A DNA stretch of 64,000 nucleotides from an uncultured Candidatus Peribacteria bacterium (GCA_964356305.1 CAYHGS010000001.1:16130-80129), one strand, 5' to 3'. Shown: positions 52,606-63,351, counted from the stretch's first letter. The notes: generated by a model not told the origin, from the letters alone. Numbers and translations are program-made.

Positions 52606-53493
52606 CTATGTTTTTTTTCTATATTTCATAACCATCCGATCGATGGGAAATTTTTTACTGACTGTGTCGGCATGTTCGCGAATTTTCCAATATTCCGTCC
52701 TGTCATCTTCGTGATCAATCAGACTCATGTGCGCAAGGCGTTCATGGGTGGTACAAAGTGCCACAATAAGATCCGGATCGTGTAATGCTTCTAGGGCAAA
52801 TCTTTGCGTATGATGAAGTATATGATATTTTTTATTGCATCGCGGGAATTCACATCGACCTTTTGATCGTTGAATAACGTGTCTTTGAATCTCCATAGGA
52901 ATATGCCTGGAAGTCGCCTCGACCGCCTGTGGTTTTTGTAATTCTATGAGCTGCTTTCTTGCATCGAGAAGCTCTTTCATAAGCGCACTCCAATCTCCGC
53001 CTGAGTTGAGCTTTTCCAGTTCGTCGGCAATCTCTGGATTGAGTTCCATGGGAATCAGCTTTGTTAGCTTCGTACTAGTACGAAGCTGCTCAGCTTCAAT
53101 GCGCTGCGTGCGAATTTCATGCACATATACTTCGAGTGCCCTTTTACCCATGGTCGCCGCTTTTTCTGCCCAGAATTCTGCCGTCTCGGATGTGGCGATT
53201 GTCGCAACAGGACGAACAGCGTTCACTCCATATTCTTCCACAACCTTCATCAGTTCGGGCTTATCCTCAACGGCATGAATAATTCTCAGTGCATCATCGA
53301 CGCACGAGTGACTGATACCCGCAAGCCTTGATGCATATTCATGAATACTTCCAAACCCTTTCTGTTCCCAGACGCGCTCCTTCTCGATTTCCGGCAACAT
53401 AAGAATACATTTTCGCTTCCAGTGAAGGGCGTTACTACCGTAGTATCGAAATTTTTGATGCAGTTCATTGGCAATTCTTGCTTTTTGTAGCAT
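52606..53493 (-). CDS. HNH endonuclease-domain protein (paralog of 29418..30320)
   Basis: CEFPRCNKKYHILHHTQRFALEALHDPDLIVALCTTHERLAH. It aligns with the other copy along its whole length (WEQKGFGSIHEYASRLAG..., NAVRPVATIATSE...). Confidence 0.75.
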   Translation of the reverse strand: MLQKARIANELHQKFRYYGSNALHWKRKCILMLPEIEKERVWEQKGFGSIHEYASRLAGISHSCVDDALRIIHAVEDKPELMKVVEEYGVNAVRPVATIATSETAEFWAEKAATMGKRALEVYVHEIRTQRIEAEQLRTSTKLTKLIPMELNPEIADELEKLNSGGDWSALMKELLDARKQLIELQKPQAVEATSRHIPMEIQRHVIQRSKGRCEFPRCNKKYHILHHTQRFALEALHDPDLIVALCTTHERLAHMSLIDHEDDRTEYWKIREHADTVSKKFPIDRMVMKYRKKT

Positions 53494-53663
53494 GAGCTTA
53501 TGTGATGATGGAATAAGAAACTTCCCCCTGAAGTATCTAGAATATTATCAAATAATATCGCTTTTTTCCATAGAAATAAGCCATTTTATCGTGACATTTG
53601 CGATATATATTTTATGGTGAGTATTTGCTTACCCCGCGTGACGCAAAAAACTTTATAAAAATA

Positions 53664-55850
<2,187 letters not shown>

Positions 55851-55903
55851 TTATTCACGTCGAAAGTATTGGATATGATATTTTTATCATGTAACATGTC
55901 GAC

Positions 55904-56458
55904 ATGAGCGATGATCAGACTATTCCAACTGGAGGACAGCCGCAGCCACCGGCAGCAACTGCGCCAATACCTGTAGCAACGACGTCCGTAGCGTTACCCC
56001 CCATTGATCCAAAAATTCTTCAGGATTTTGGTCTTACTGCTGAGCAAATCATTGAGGCAGAGACAAAACATGCTGTTCCGACTTCCGTGAGGGAGCACTT
56101 CCCCGACCTCGTTGCTCTCTTGATTAAAACAGAGTCAATGAATACAGAGGAACGTGATTATTGGTTCCAGGTGCTACCGATTATGAATGACGATCAGATC
56201 GTAAAACTTCGCACTATTCTCGTGAATGAACGTGATCAGTTAAAAAAAATTGATTCCGAATATACTTCGGAAATTGGAAAAATTAATCAAGAACATAAAA
56301 ATGAGTGGAATGCCTTCGAGGCCCAGGAAAAGAAAAAAATTCGCCAGGAGACAGAAAAAAAATCAGAGGTAGAAGAAAGCGGAGCAGAAGAAGCCCTCCT
56401 CCAAAAGCTTGGCCAGGTTCACGATCAGCCCGAAGTTCCACCGCAAGAAGCGCCCTAG
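55904..56458 (+). CDS. hypothetical protein with a Pro-rich N terminus and a conserved helical domain shared with 40237..41148
   Basis: ...LIKTESMNTEERDYWFQVLPIMNDDQIVKLRTILVNERDQLKKI... aligns with the C terminus of the P/Q-rich protein. Confidence 0.6.
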   Translation: MSDDQTIPTGGQPQPPAATAPIPVATTSVALPPIDPKILQDFGLTAEQIIEAETKHAVPTSVREHFPDLVALLIKTESMNTEERDYWFQVLPIMNDDQIVKLRTILVNERDQLKKIDSEYTSEIGKINQEHKNEWNAFEAQEKKKIRQETEKKSEVEESGAEEALLQKLGQVHDQPEVPPQEAP

Positions 56459-56491
56459 TTTTGTAGGCCATGGTATCCTTTCTTCCTATTA

Positions 56492-57382
56492 CTACGATTG
56501 AATTTTAATAAGTTTCGCCTCAACGACGAGTCGTTTTAGATTTGTTCCAACTGGTGTGCATGTAATGAGTGTCAATTTATTTTCAATTGAGGGCCTGAGA
56601 ACCTCCAGCTCGGATGGCCAGACTTTTTTAATACTAGTCACTTCGTACATATATTGTTGTTGATTGTAATAGAGAAGAATCTTATCGCCTTGCTGTAGAT
56701 CATGAAGTACCGCGAACACATCCTTGAAACGTCCTGGATCCCACGGAAAATAAGAGCTATGGCCCGTGATGACAACGTTCCCCTGTTGGCCGGGGCGAGC
56801 GGTTCCCGGATAATGGATTACCCCAAAGCGGAGTGCCTCCTGCATCTCTGTCTCAAGTTTTTCCCAGTCTTTCTTGATAAGGCTCTCAGTAGTTACATTC
56901 ATCACCGGAACGTTGCGATTGATTCTCGGAATAATTAATCGCGTATCGGGCGGTGCTACGGCCATACCCAAACTCGGTATCTGCGCATTTGACTGCACAG
57001 TTGTTTTTACGAGCGGAAGCGGTTCTTGAGTGACTGGCTTTTTCTCTTCCACTAGCGTGTAAAGTGGATTTGACTGATCAGTCTGGTCTGTGAACTTTGA
57101 AATTTCCCACGAAATATTCTGCATAATCGCGCCCCAGTTCATCACGACAAAAAATGCAGCAAAAATGAGTACCGTTACTATCGCTTGTTGAACATATTCC
57201 ATAACCTTCCCCCGGACAGGACTATGCATTTTTTTGGGCATCACGTCAGGATATACCTGCATGAGCTTCATGACAGCGACATGTTCAGGCTTTTTGTTAG
57301 CTGAATCGCCGAGGGGTCTGAGGCTGGAATAAATATAGTCAGATTGAGACATTTGTATATTTTGTTTTAGGCTTCGATGCAT
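56492..57382 (-). CDS. sortase family transpeptidase
   Basis: VVITGHSSY (catalytic His region), LTLITCTP (TLxTC catalytic Cys) and an N-terminal TM anchor. The alternative start ATG 57352 (MSQSDY) is more compatible with the promoter at 57381-57409. Confidence 0.8.
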   Translation of the reverse strand: MHRSLKQNIQMSQSDYIYSSLRPLGDSANKKPEHVAVMKLMQVYPDVMPKKMHSPVRGKVMEYVQQAIVTVLIFAAFFVVMNWGAIMQNISWEISKFTDQTDQSNPLYTLVEEKKPVTQEPLPLVKTTVQSNAQIPSLGMAVAPPDTRLIIPRINRNVPVMNVTTESLIKKDWEKLETEMQEALRFGVIHYPGTARPGQQGNVVITGHSSYFPWDPGRFKDVFAVLHDLQQGDKILLYYNQQQYMYEVTSIKKVWPSELEVLRPSIENKLTLITCTPVGTNLKRLVVEAKLIKIQS

Positions 57383-57409
57383 TCTATCATATTTTCAGCT
57401 TTAAAACAA
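57381..57409 (-). promoter_or_regulatory. sigma70-type promoter of the sortase gene, with the CAGCTTTA motif in the spacer
   Basis: On the minus strand: TTGTTT (57409-04), the 17-nt spacer TAAAGCTGAAAATATGA, then TAGAAT (57386-81). Confidence 0.4.
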
Positions 57410-57449
57410 GCCTAGCCCCTATCTCTTCTTGAAGTTGGCAAAAAAGCAT

Positions 57450-57478
57450 TTGACGAATTCAGCTTTAAGTGGCATTAT
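57450..57478 (+). promoter_or_regulatory. sigma70-type promoter of the relA/spoT-like gene, with the CAGCTTTA motif in the spacer
   Basis: TTGACG (57450-55), the 17-nt spacer AATTCAGCTTTAAGTGG, then CATTAT (57473-78). Confidence 0.45.
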
Positions 57479-57513
57479 TATCATACTTTTATATCACTTG
57501 TCACGTCATACCT

Positions 57514-59835
57514 ATGGCCATGGATGCCCTCCTCGCTGAAGTACATGACATTGCTAAGCAGGCGAAGCAGCAGCTTCCCGGCTTTGATGTGAAGAAATTT
57601 ATCTCGGTATATGAGTTTGCTAAAGAGGCCCATGAGGGTCAGCTTCGCAAGGACGGAAGCCCCTATATTATTCATCCTGTTGCTACGGCACGAATACTTT
57701 CCACACTCAAAGTCGACGAAGATACCCTGATTGCGGCGCTCCTTCATGATGTCCCTGAGGACACCTCGCGCACCGTCCAGGAGATTGGAGTATTATTTGG
57801 TGAACGAATAGCCTTCCTGGTTGAGGGTATTACGAAGCTTTCCAAGGTTCACTATCAAAACGATATGGAGGGACGCCAAATTGAATCACTCAAAAAACTT
57901 CTTATCCATACCGCAAAAGATCCTCGTGTGATTCTGATCAAGTTGGCCGATAGACTTCATAATATGCGAACTCTTCATTTTCACACAAAACCCGAAAAAC
58001 AGATTCGAATTTCCCGTGAAACGCTGGAGGTATACGTTCCTATGGCAAGCTTGCTCGGTATTCAGGGTATCAAATCTGAACTGCAAGATTTGTGTTTTAA
58101 GTATCTTTATCCTGTCGAGTATGAACATTTTTTTCATAAAATCTCTGAAGCTGATGCGCGTCTCATGCCAAAAACAGAAGAATCCATGAAGCGAGTTTCC
58201 GATGTACTACAAGGCCATCATATAGACGCTCGCGTCTTCATTCGCAATAAAACTATTTATAGTATATTTACTAAAATGCACGCCGATCGCAAAACGTTCG
58301 ATGATGTTCATGATTTAATTACCCTTCGTGTTCTGGTGCCTACCATCGAGGACGCTTACCGCGCACTTGGTATCATTCATGTTATGTTTAAGCCAAAAAG
58401 TGGATCATTTAAGGACTATATCGCTGTCCCTAAAATCAATGGGTATCGCAGTCTCCATACGACTGTTTTTGGAATAGACGGAACACTTACCGAGTTTCAG
58501 ATTCGCACCTACGAGATGGATAACGAAGCGGAATATGGCATTACGACGCATTATTTTTTGGGATCAAAAAGGAACGGAAAAAATGGAAAGAAGATAGTGG
58601 ATCCTGAGTGGCGAACGCAGTGGATGACAGATATTCTCGATTTAGAGCAACAAGAGCTCACGAGCAGAAGTTTCGTTGAGAAAGTAAAGTCCGACCTTTT
58701 TGAGGATAAAATTTTTGCCTTCACTCCAAAGGGCGATGCCATTCATCTACCAAAAGAGGCTTCTGCTATTGATTTTGCCTATGCTATTCATAGCGACGTA
58801 GGAAATCAGGCCGTTAGCGCGGAAATTAATGGACAAAAGAAGTCAATCTTCACGACGTTAAAAAGTGGAGACACCGTTCGTATTATCACTTCACCCCAGA
58901 GCTGCGGCCCACAACGAGATTGGCTCGATTTTGCCCGTACCAATATTTCCAAAAATAAAATTCGTTACTTTCTTAACAAGGAAGATGCTGATACGAAAGT
59001 ACGTATCGGCAAACAGCTCCTCCAGAAGGCGTTCACTCGGCTGGGTATCGGACTTATCGATGAACTCCCTTATCACAAAGTTCAAAACGCTCTCATATCG
59101 GCCCACTTCTCAAACTACCCAACTCTCAAGGCTCTTCTTTCGGCCATTGGGGATGGAACGCTTGATGCGTCCGATGTTATCCATAGCCTCTATCCCAAGC
59201 AGCAATTGAGCTCTATCTCCAGGGGCAGTGAGCATATTGAGCTGCGAATTTCCGTGCAAAATCGTGAAGATATGGTTTCCGATATCCTCCAGGTACTCTC
59301 TCGTTTTCATATAAATATCATCGACCTCAGTGCTCACGCTAAAAGTTTTTTCTCGAAGCATGGCGAAGTAAGAGTAACGCTTCATCTTGAGCGATACGAT
59401 ACGCTGCAGTCCATATTCACTCAGCTGGAACAGATTGACGGGGTTGAAAATGTTTCTCGTATATTTAGAGTGCAGGAAATTGGCTTCACGATTTTTGCGC
59501 TTATCACCGTATGCTTTTGGCTTTTACATCCACTCTATATAGAATATTTCACGCGATCGTCCAATAACCGCTTGGTGTATGTCGGCCTTTTTTTACTCCT
59601 GGTTCTTGCCTTTTCGATGCGTCATTTTACTCCGCGATATGTTACCAAATTCCAAGAAAGGCGACCAATGCTCATTGCCACCGGCTTCATTACGCTTTTT
59701 GTTCTTGCGACCCTCGTATGGGAGATTATAACATACCATCTCACCGCTGATTGGGGTGTGGTGACTATCATCTTCTTGGCGGTTTTTTATCTTGGCCTTG
59801 AATACCGGAACTACAAAAAGAAGAAACTCTATTAG
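57514..59835 (+). CDS. bifunctional (p)ppGpp synthetase/hydrolase (long RSH) with a C-terminal 4-TM membrane domain
   Basis: HD motif LLHDVPEDT, synthetase core GYRSLHTTV, TGS (FTPKGDAIHLPKEASAIDFAYAIHSD) and an ACT-like region, then about 130 aa with four hydrophobic helices. Start taken at MAMDALL. Confidence 0.88.
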   Translation: MAMDALLAEVHDIAKQAKQQLPGFDVKKFISVYEFAKEAHEGQLRKDGSPYIIHPVATARILSTLKVDEDTLIAALLHDVPEDTSRTVQEIGVLFGERIAFLVEGITKLSKVHYQNDMEGRQIESLKKLLIHTAKDPRVILIKLADRLHNMRTLHFHTKPEKQIRISRETLEVYVPMASLLGIQGIKSELQDLCFKYLYPVEYEHFFHKISEADARLMPKTEESMKRVSDVLQGHHIDARVFIRNKTIYSIFTKMHADRKTFDDVHDLITLRVLVPTIEDAYRALGIIHVMFKPKSGSFKDYIAVPKINGYRSLHTTVFGIDGTLTEFQIRTYEMDNEAEYGITTHYFLGSKRNGKNGKKIVDPEWRTQWMTDILDLEQQELTSRSFVEKVKSDLFEDKIFAFTPKGDAIHLPKEASAIDFAYAIHSDVGNQAVSAEINGQKKSIFTTLKSGDTVRIITSPQSCGPQRDWLDFARTNISKNKIRYFLNKEDADTKVRIGKQLLQKAFTRLGIGLIDELPYHKVQNALISAHFSNYPTLKALLSAIGDGTLDASDVIHSLYPKQQLSSISRGSEHIELRISVQNREDMVSDILQVLSRFHINIIDLSAHAKSFFSKHGEVRVTLHLERYDTLQSIFTQLEQIDGVENVSRIFRVQEIGFTIFALITVCFWLLHPLYIEYFTRSSNNRLVYVGLFLLLVLAFSMRHFTPRYVTKFQERRPMLIATGFITLFVLATLVWEIITYHLTADWGVVTIIFLAVFYLGLEYRNYKKKKLY

Positions 59836-59884
59836 TTCGCACCCAAGGTACACTCCCCGAGTGACAACTCGGCTGAGCTGCTTA

Positions 59885-60979
59885 CTAGTTCGCGAATCTA
59901 AAATGCATCACGTCTCCATCCTGGACGACATAATCTTTTCCTTCGAGGCGCATCTTGCCTTTTTCTTTGGCTCCCGCCTCACCCCCGCACTGGATGTAGT
60001 CGCTGTAGGCTATTACTTCAGCACGAATAAATCCTTTCTCGAAGTCGGTATGAATAACACCTGCGGCCTGTGGTGCCATCGTATTTCTTTTGATTGTCCA
60101 TGCGTGAATTTCCTTTGGACCTGCGGTGAAGTAGGTGATCAAGTTGAGAATTTCATAAGCCTTCTTAATCATCATATTAATTCCTGAGTCTTGAATACCA
60201 AGGTCATCAAGAAATACCTGTGTATCTTCCGGCGAAAGATCAATCAACTCTTCTTCAATTTTTGCACAAATAGGAATAATAATGGCATCAGGCGTAAGCC
60301 CCCAATCTGCTTTTGCTTTTTGCGTGTCGAATGTTTTGAGATCCTTTTCGTGCACATTCGCAACAAAAAGTATTGGCTTGGCCGTAAGGAGAAAGAGATC
60401 TTGGATAACCAAAAGCTCTTCGGCTGTCAGCGCAACATCTTTCACAAGGGTTCCCATCCCAATGGCGTCCGACACCCTCTGAAGTACGTCGAGCTGTTTT
60501 GCCGCCCCCGGTTTTCCTGATTTCACGTCGTTGTTCGCTTTCCCTAAACGTTTCTCCATGGTCTGAGAGTCGGCGATCAGGAGCTCTGCGTGAATCACCT
60601 CGATGTCGTTTTTTGGGTCGATCCCTCCATGAACGTGGATAACATTGTCGTCGGTGAAGGCGCGCACAACGTGCGCGATGGCATCACACTCGCGAATATG
60701 GGAAAGAAACTTATTCCCCAATCCTTCCCCGGTAGATGCACCCTTCACGAGGCCGGCAATATCATGAAACTCAACGACTGCCGGAAGTATTTTTTCAGAA
60801 TTTTCAATCTCTTTCAGCTTCCGTACGCGCTCGTCAGGAACCTCGACAATGCCCACGTTTGGATCAACCGTAGCAAAAGGATAGTTTGCCGCGAGCGCGG
60901 CCCTGTTTTTGATCAGGGCGTTGAAGAGCGTAGACTTGCCTACGTTTGGGAGACCGACGATGCCGATGCTTAGACTCAT
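59885..60979 (-). CDS. ychF: redox-regulated ribosome-binding ATPase YchF
   Basis: [19 protein letters not shown]1 motif, the full YchF/OLA1 pattern and the C-terminal TGS-like end ...[13 protein letters not shown]. Confidence 0.92.
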   Translation of the reverse strand: MSLSIGIVGLPNVGKSTLFNALIKNRAALAANYPFATVDPNVGIVEVPDERVRKLKEIENSEKILPAVVEFHDIAGLVKGASTGEGLGNKFLSHIRECDAIAHVVRAFTDDNVIHVHGGIDPKNDIEVIHAELLIADSQTMEKRLGKANNDVKSGKPGAAKQLDVLQRVSDAIGMGTLVKDVALTAEELLVIQDLFLLTAKPILFVANVHEKDLKTFDTQKAKADWGLTPDAIIIPICAKIEEELIDLSPEDTQVFLDDLGIQDSGINMMIKKAYEILNLITYFTAGPKEIHAWTIKRNTMAPQAAGVIHTDFEKGFIRAEVIAYSDYIQCGGEAGAKEKGKMRLEGKDYVVQDGDVMHFRFAN

Positions 60980-60988
60980 AGTAGCGGA

Positions 60989-61017
60989 ACTTTAGCCTAC
61001 TTCAATACTTTTTTCAA
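60989..61017 (-). promoter_or_regulatory. sigma70-type promoter of ychF, near-leaderless
   Basis: On the minus strand: TTGAAA (61017-12), a 17-nt spacer, TAAAGT (60994-89), then 9 nt to ATG 60979. Confidence 0.45.
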
Positions 61018-61042
61018 TCGAAAAACCGTGTATACTCTACTC

Positions 61043-61297
61043 ATGTCGCATATCACCATTTATACATCTCCGACCTGCCTCTTTTGTCGACAGCTACGCG
61101 ATCTTTTGACTGCGAATACCCATCCATTTACGGAATATAATATTATTGATGAGCCGGAACGACTCACTGAGATGCGCAGCCTGACTCGCGGCGTTTCTGC
61201 CGTTCCTGTTATCGTCCTCAACAAAGGCACCTCCGATCAGAGAGTGCTCATAGGCTTTGAATCCACCTCGCTTGAGGCCATGCTCTCAAAAGCCTGA
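61043..61297 (+). CDS. glutaredoxin/NrdH-like redoxin
   Basis: ITIYTSPTCLFCRQLRDLL, a CxxC in a thioredoxin-fold context, plus SAVPVIVL. TATACT lies 6 nt upstream of ATG 61043. Confidence 0.8.
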   Translation: MSHITIYTSPTCLFCRQLRDLLTANTHPFTEYNIIDEPERLTEMRSLTRGVSAVPVIVLNKGTSDQRVLIGFESTSLEAMLSKA

Positions 61298-61686
61298 TCG
61301 TCGTCGGATATTGCTCGATGCGCTCGTTCATCACCCAGCTCTTTTATCCCTCGCTTCAGTGTTGAGTTTGATTTTCCTTTATTTCTTAGCTGGTCCTCAT
61401 GTTTCTTCATTTGGTTCACGAGACGATCTTTCGAGAGGTCTACTGCTTTTTCAATCGTATGGCTATCTTCATTTCCTACTAACACTTTACCGGGAATCTC
61501 CAAAACAAGCTCAACTCGGTACGCATTATTCTTCTCAAATCTCTCCGCGCGTACCGTGAGGCTCACCGTATCATCCTGAAAATGAGACAAGAGCTTCTCT
61601 AGTCTCGTAATCTTGCTCTCCATGTATTCCTTCATGTGCTTCTCCTCCCAAACATCCATACTCTTCATGGAATATTGTATTTTCAT
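61237..61686 (-). CDS. hpf: ribosome hibernation promoting factor / RaiA family
   Basis: MKIQYSMKSMDVWEEKHMKEYMESKITRLEKLL...AYRVELVLEIPGKVLVGNEDSHTIEKAVDLSKDRLVNQMKKH follows the sigma-54-modulation/HPF pattern. Confidence 0.85.
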   Translation of the reverse strand: MKIQYSMKSMDVWEEKHMKEYMESKITRLEKLLSHFQDDTVSLTVRAERFEKNNAYRVELVLEIPGKVLVGNEDSHTIEKAVDLSKDRLVNQMKKHEDQLRNKGKSNSTLKRGIKELGDERAHRAISDDDQAFESMASSEVDSKPMSTL

Positions 61687-61782
61687 AGAAAATTGGGTTA
61701 AGGGAATTATAAAGAGACTGATTTGTAGGTTTTATTGTATTCTTTTTTGTATTTTTCATCAATCTGAATTATCCTGTTTCTC

Positions 61783-62292
61783 GTGAAAGACCTCGCATCA
61801 TTCCAGAAATATTATGAAGAGTTCATGCCGAAGATCTTTCGCTATGTGTATAGCAAAGTCAGTGACCGTGAATTAGCTGAAGATTTAGTTTCGGAGATTT
61901 CGTTAAAAGCGTTCGAGCACTTTGAGTCCTATAATGAGCAGTACTCGTTCGGGGGCTGGTTTTATGGCATCGCCCGTAATCACCTGATTGATCATTACAA
62001 AAAATTCGCCAAGCAAAAACATACCTCCCTGGATGAGATTGAAAATCTGGTGCCGGATTCAAGTAGCCCGGTTGCCGATACTATTCAGGCTATGAAATAT
62101 GATGAACTCAAAGCTGCTTTAATGAAATTGCATGATGACGAGAAAGAACTTGTAACCTTGCACTACCTTTCCGGGTATTCTTATAAAGAGATGGGTGAAA
62201 TGTTTCGTAAAGAGGAAAATACGATTAAAGTTGCCACCCATCGTGCCATCGTGAAGTTACAAAAAATACTCCCCTCCCATGTCGCCGACTAA
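61783..62292 (+). CDS. ECF-type RNA polymerase sigma factor
   Basis: Region 2 (IFRYVYSKVSDRELAEDLVSEISLKAFEHF, WFYGIARNHLIDHYK) and region 4 (LVTLHYLSGYSYKEMGEMF...VATHRAIVKL). GTG start. Confidence 0.85.
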   Translation: MKDLASFQKYYEEFMPKIFRYVYSKVSDRELAEDLVSEISLKAFEHFESYNEQYSFGGWFYGIARNHLIDHYKKFAKQKHTSLDEIENLVPDSSSPVADTIQAMKYDELKAALMKLHDDEKELVTLHYLSGYSYKEMGEMFRKEENTIKVATHRAIVKLQKILPSHVAD

Positions 62293-63244
62293 CCCTCATT
62301 CTATGCACGATATTGACGACGAATTAGAAGAATTTGAAAAAACACTTACCTCCTTTCAGAAGGAGCTCTCGCCCACACCTGAGTTCAAGGTGCGGATGGC
62401 TAAGCGTTTACAACGTCACGATGTGTTATTGAAGGAAGCGAATCATGAGCAAGGACGTGGGTTTTGGTTCTTCCTTGGCACGCGCGCCTATGCGACGGCG
62501 ACGGCTTTTATTTTTGTTCTCTTCACTGGTGGTGTTTCTACTTTTGCTTACACGAACGATAATGTGACGAATGGCAATCCCCTCTATCCCGTAAAACGTG
62601 GCTTAGAAAAAATCGAAGAAACGTTCGTAGGTTCCCCTGAATCACATGCAGAGTTCCAGGTAAAAATGCTTGGCCGAAGACTTGCCGAGTCACGAAATTT
62701 GACCCTGAACGGCATTGTCGACGAATCGACGTCGAATGAGGTTTCTACTGTAGTAGATAACGGTATTCAGGCTATTGCCGCCGTTGAAAAAAGTGATTAT
62801 CGAGACCAGCTCCTGGATCGCGTAACTACCATGCTCAAAGATGAAGAGAAAAGAATTTATGAAACAGCGGGAGTTCCGTATCCCGAAAAGGCAGCTGCTC
62901 CTGTAGTAACTATTCCAGCCGTGACGATTCCTGCAATAGCTACACCTGTAATGAAAATTCCAGCAGTAATACTTCCGACTCTACTTCCACCCGAAGATGA
63001 TGAAGTCGAAGACAGAAGAGCAGACGATGCAACCGTTCGAGTTGAGCCGCGAGAACAATCTTCAAGAAGCGAGACGACTATGCCGACGAATACCTCGGCC
63101 GCTTCTGCCGCCAATACCCCTCGGCTCGAAGATAATACACCTACCTCTCTTGGGGCACCTACCGAGATCATGAACGCCCTCGAAAAACATTCCCAAAACT
63201 TACGACAGATTGAGTTGAGGGTGACGCAGGTTAGGAGGAGATAG
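62279..63244 (+). CDS. putative anti-sigma factor / DUF5667-like membrane protein with a Pro-rich tail
   Basis: Overlaps the sigma gene by 14 nt. It has one TM helix (YATATAFIFVLFTGGVSTFAY). The LYPVKRGLEKIEE segment matches my recollection of DUF5667. The C-terminal region carries IPAV-type repeats. Confidence 0.55.
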   Translation: MSPTNPHSMHDIDDELEEFEKTLTSFQKELSPTPEFKVRMAKRLQRHDVLLKEANHEQGRGFWFFLGTRAYATATAFIFVLFTGGVSTFAYTNDNVTNGNPLYPVKRGLEKIEETFVGSPESHAEFQVKMLGRRLAESRNLTLNGIVDESTSNEVSTVVDNGIQAIAAVEKSDYRDQLLDRVTTMLKDEEKRIYETAGVPYPEKAAAPVVTIPAVTIPAIATPVMKIPAVILPTLLPPEDDEVEDRRADDATVRVEPREQSSRSETTMPTNTSAASAANTPRLEDNTPTSLGAPTEIMNALEKHSQNLRQIELRVTQVRRR

Positions 63245-63351
63245 CATGAGTATTCCAGTAAAACCAATGTTTATGATTGTAGCTTTATTTTTCTACAAGC
63301 ATTGCGATTTTTTAATTTTTATGCTATAATATTTTTATACATAAAAATAAA

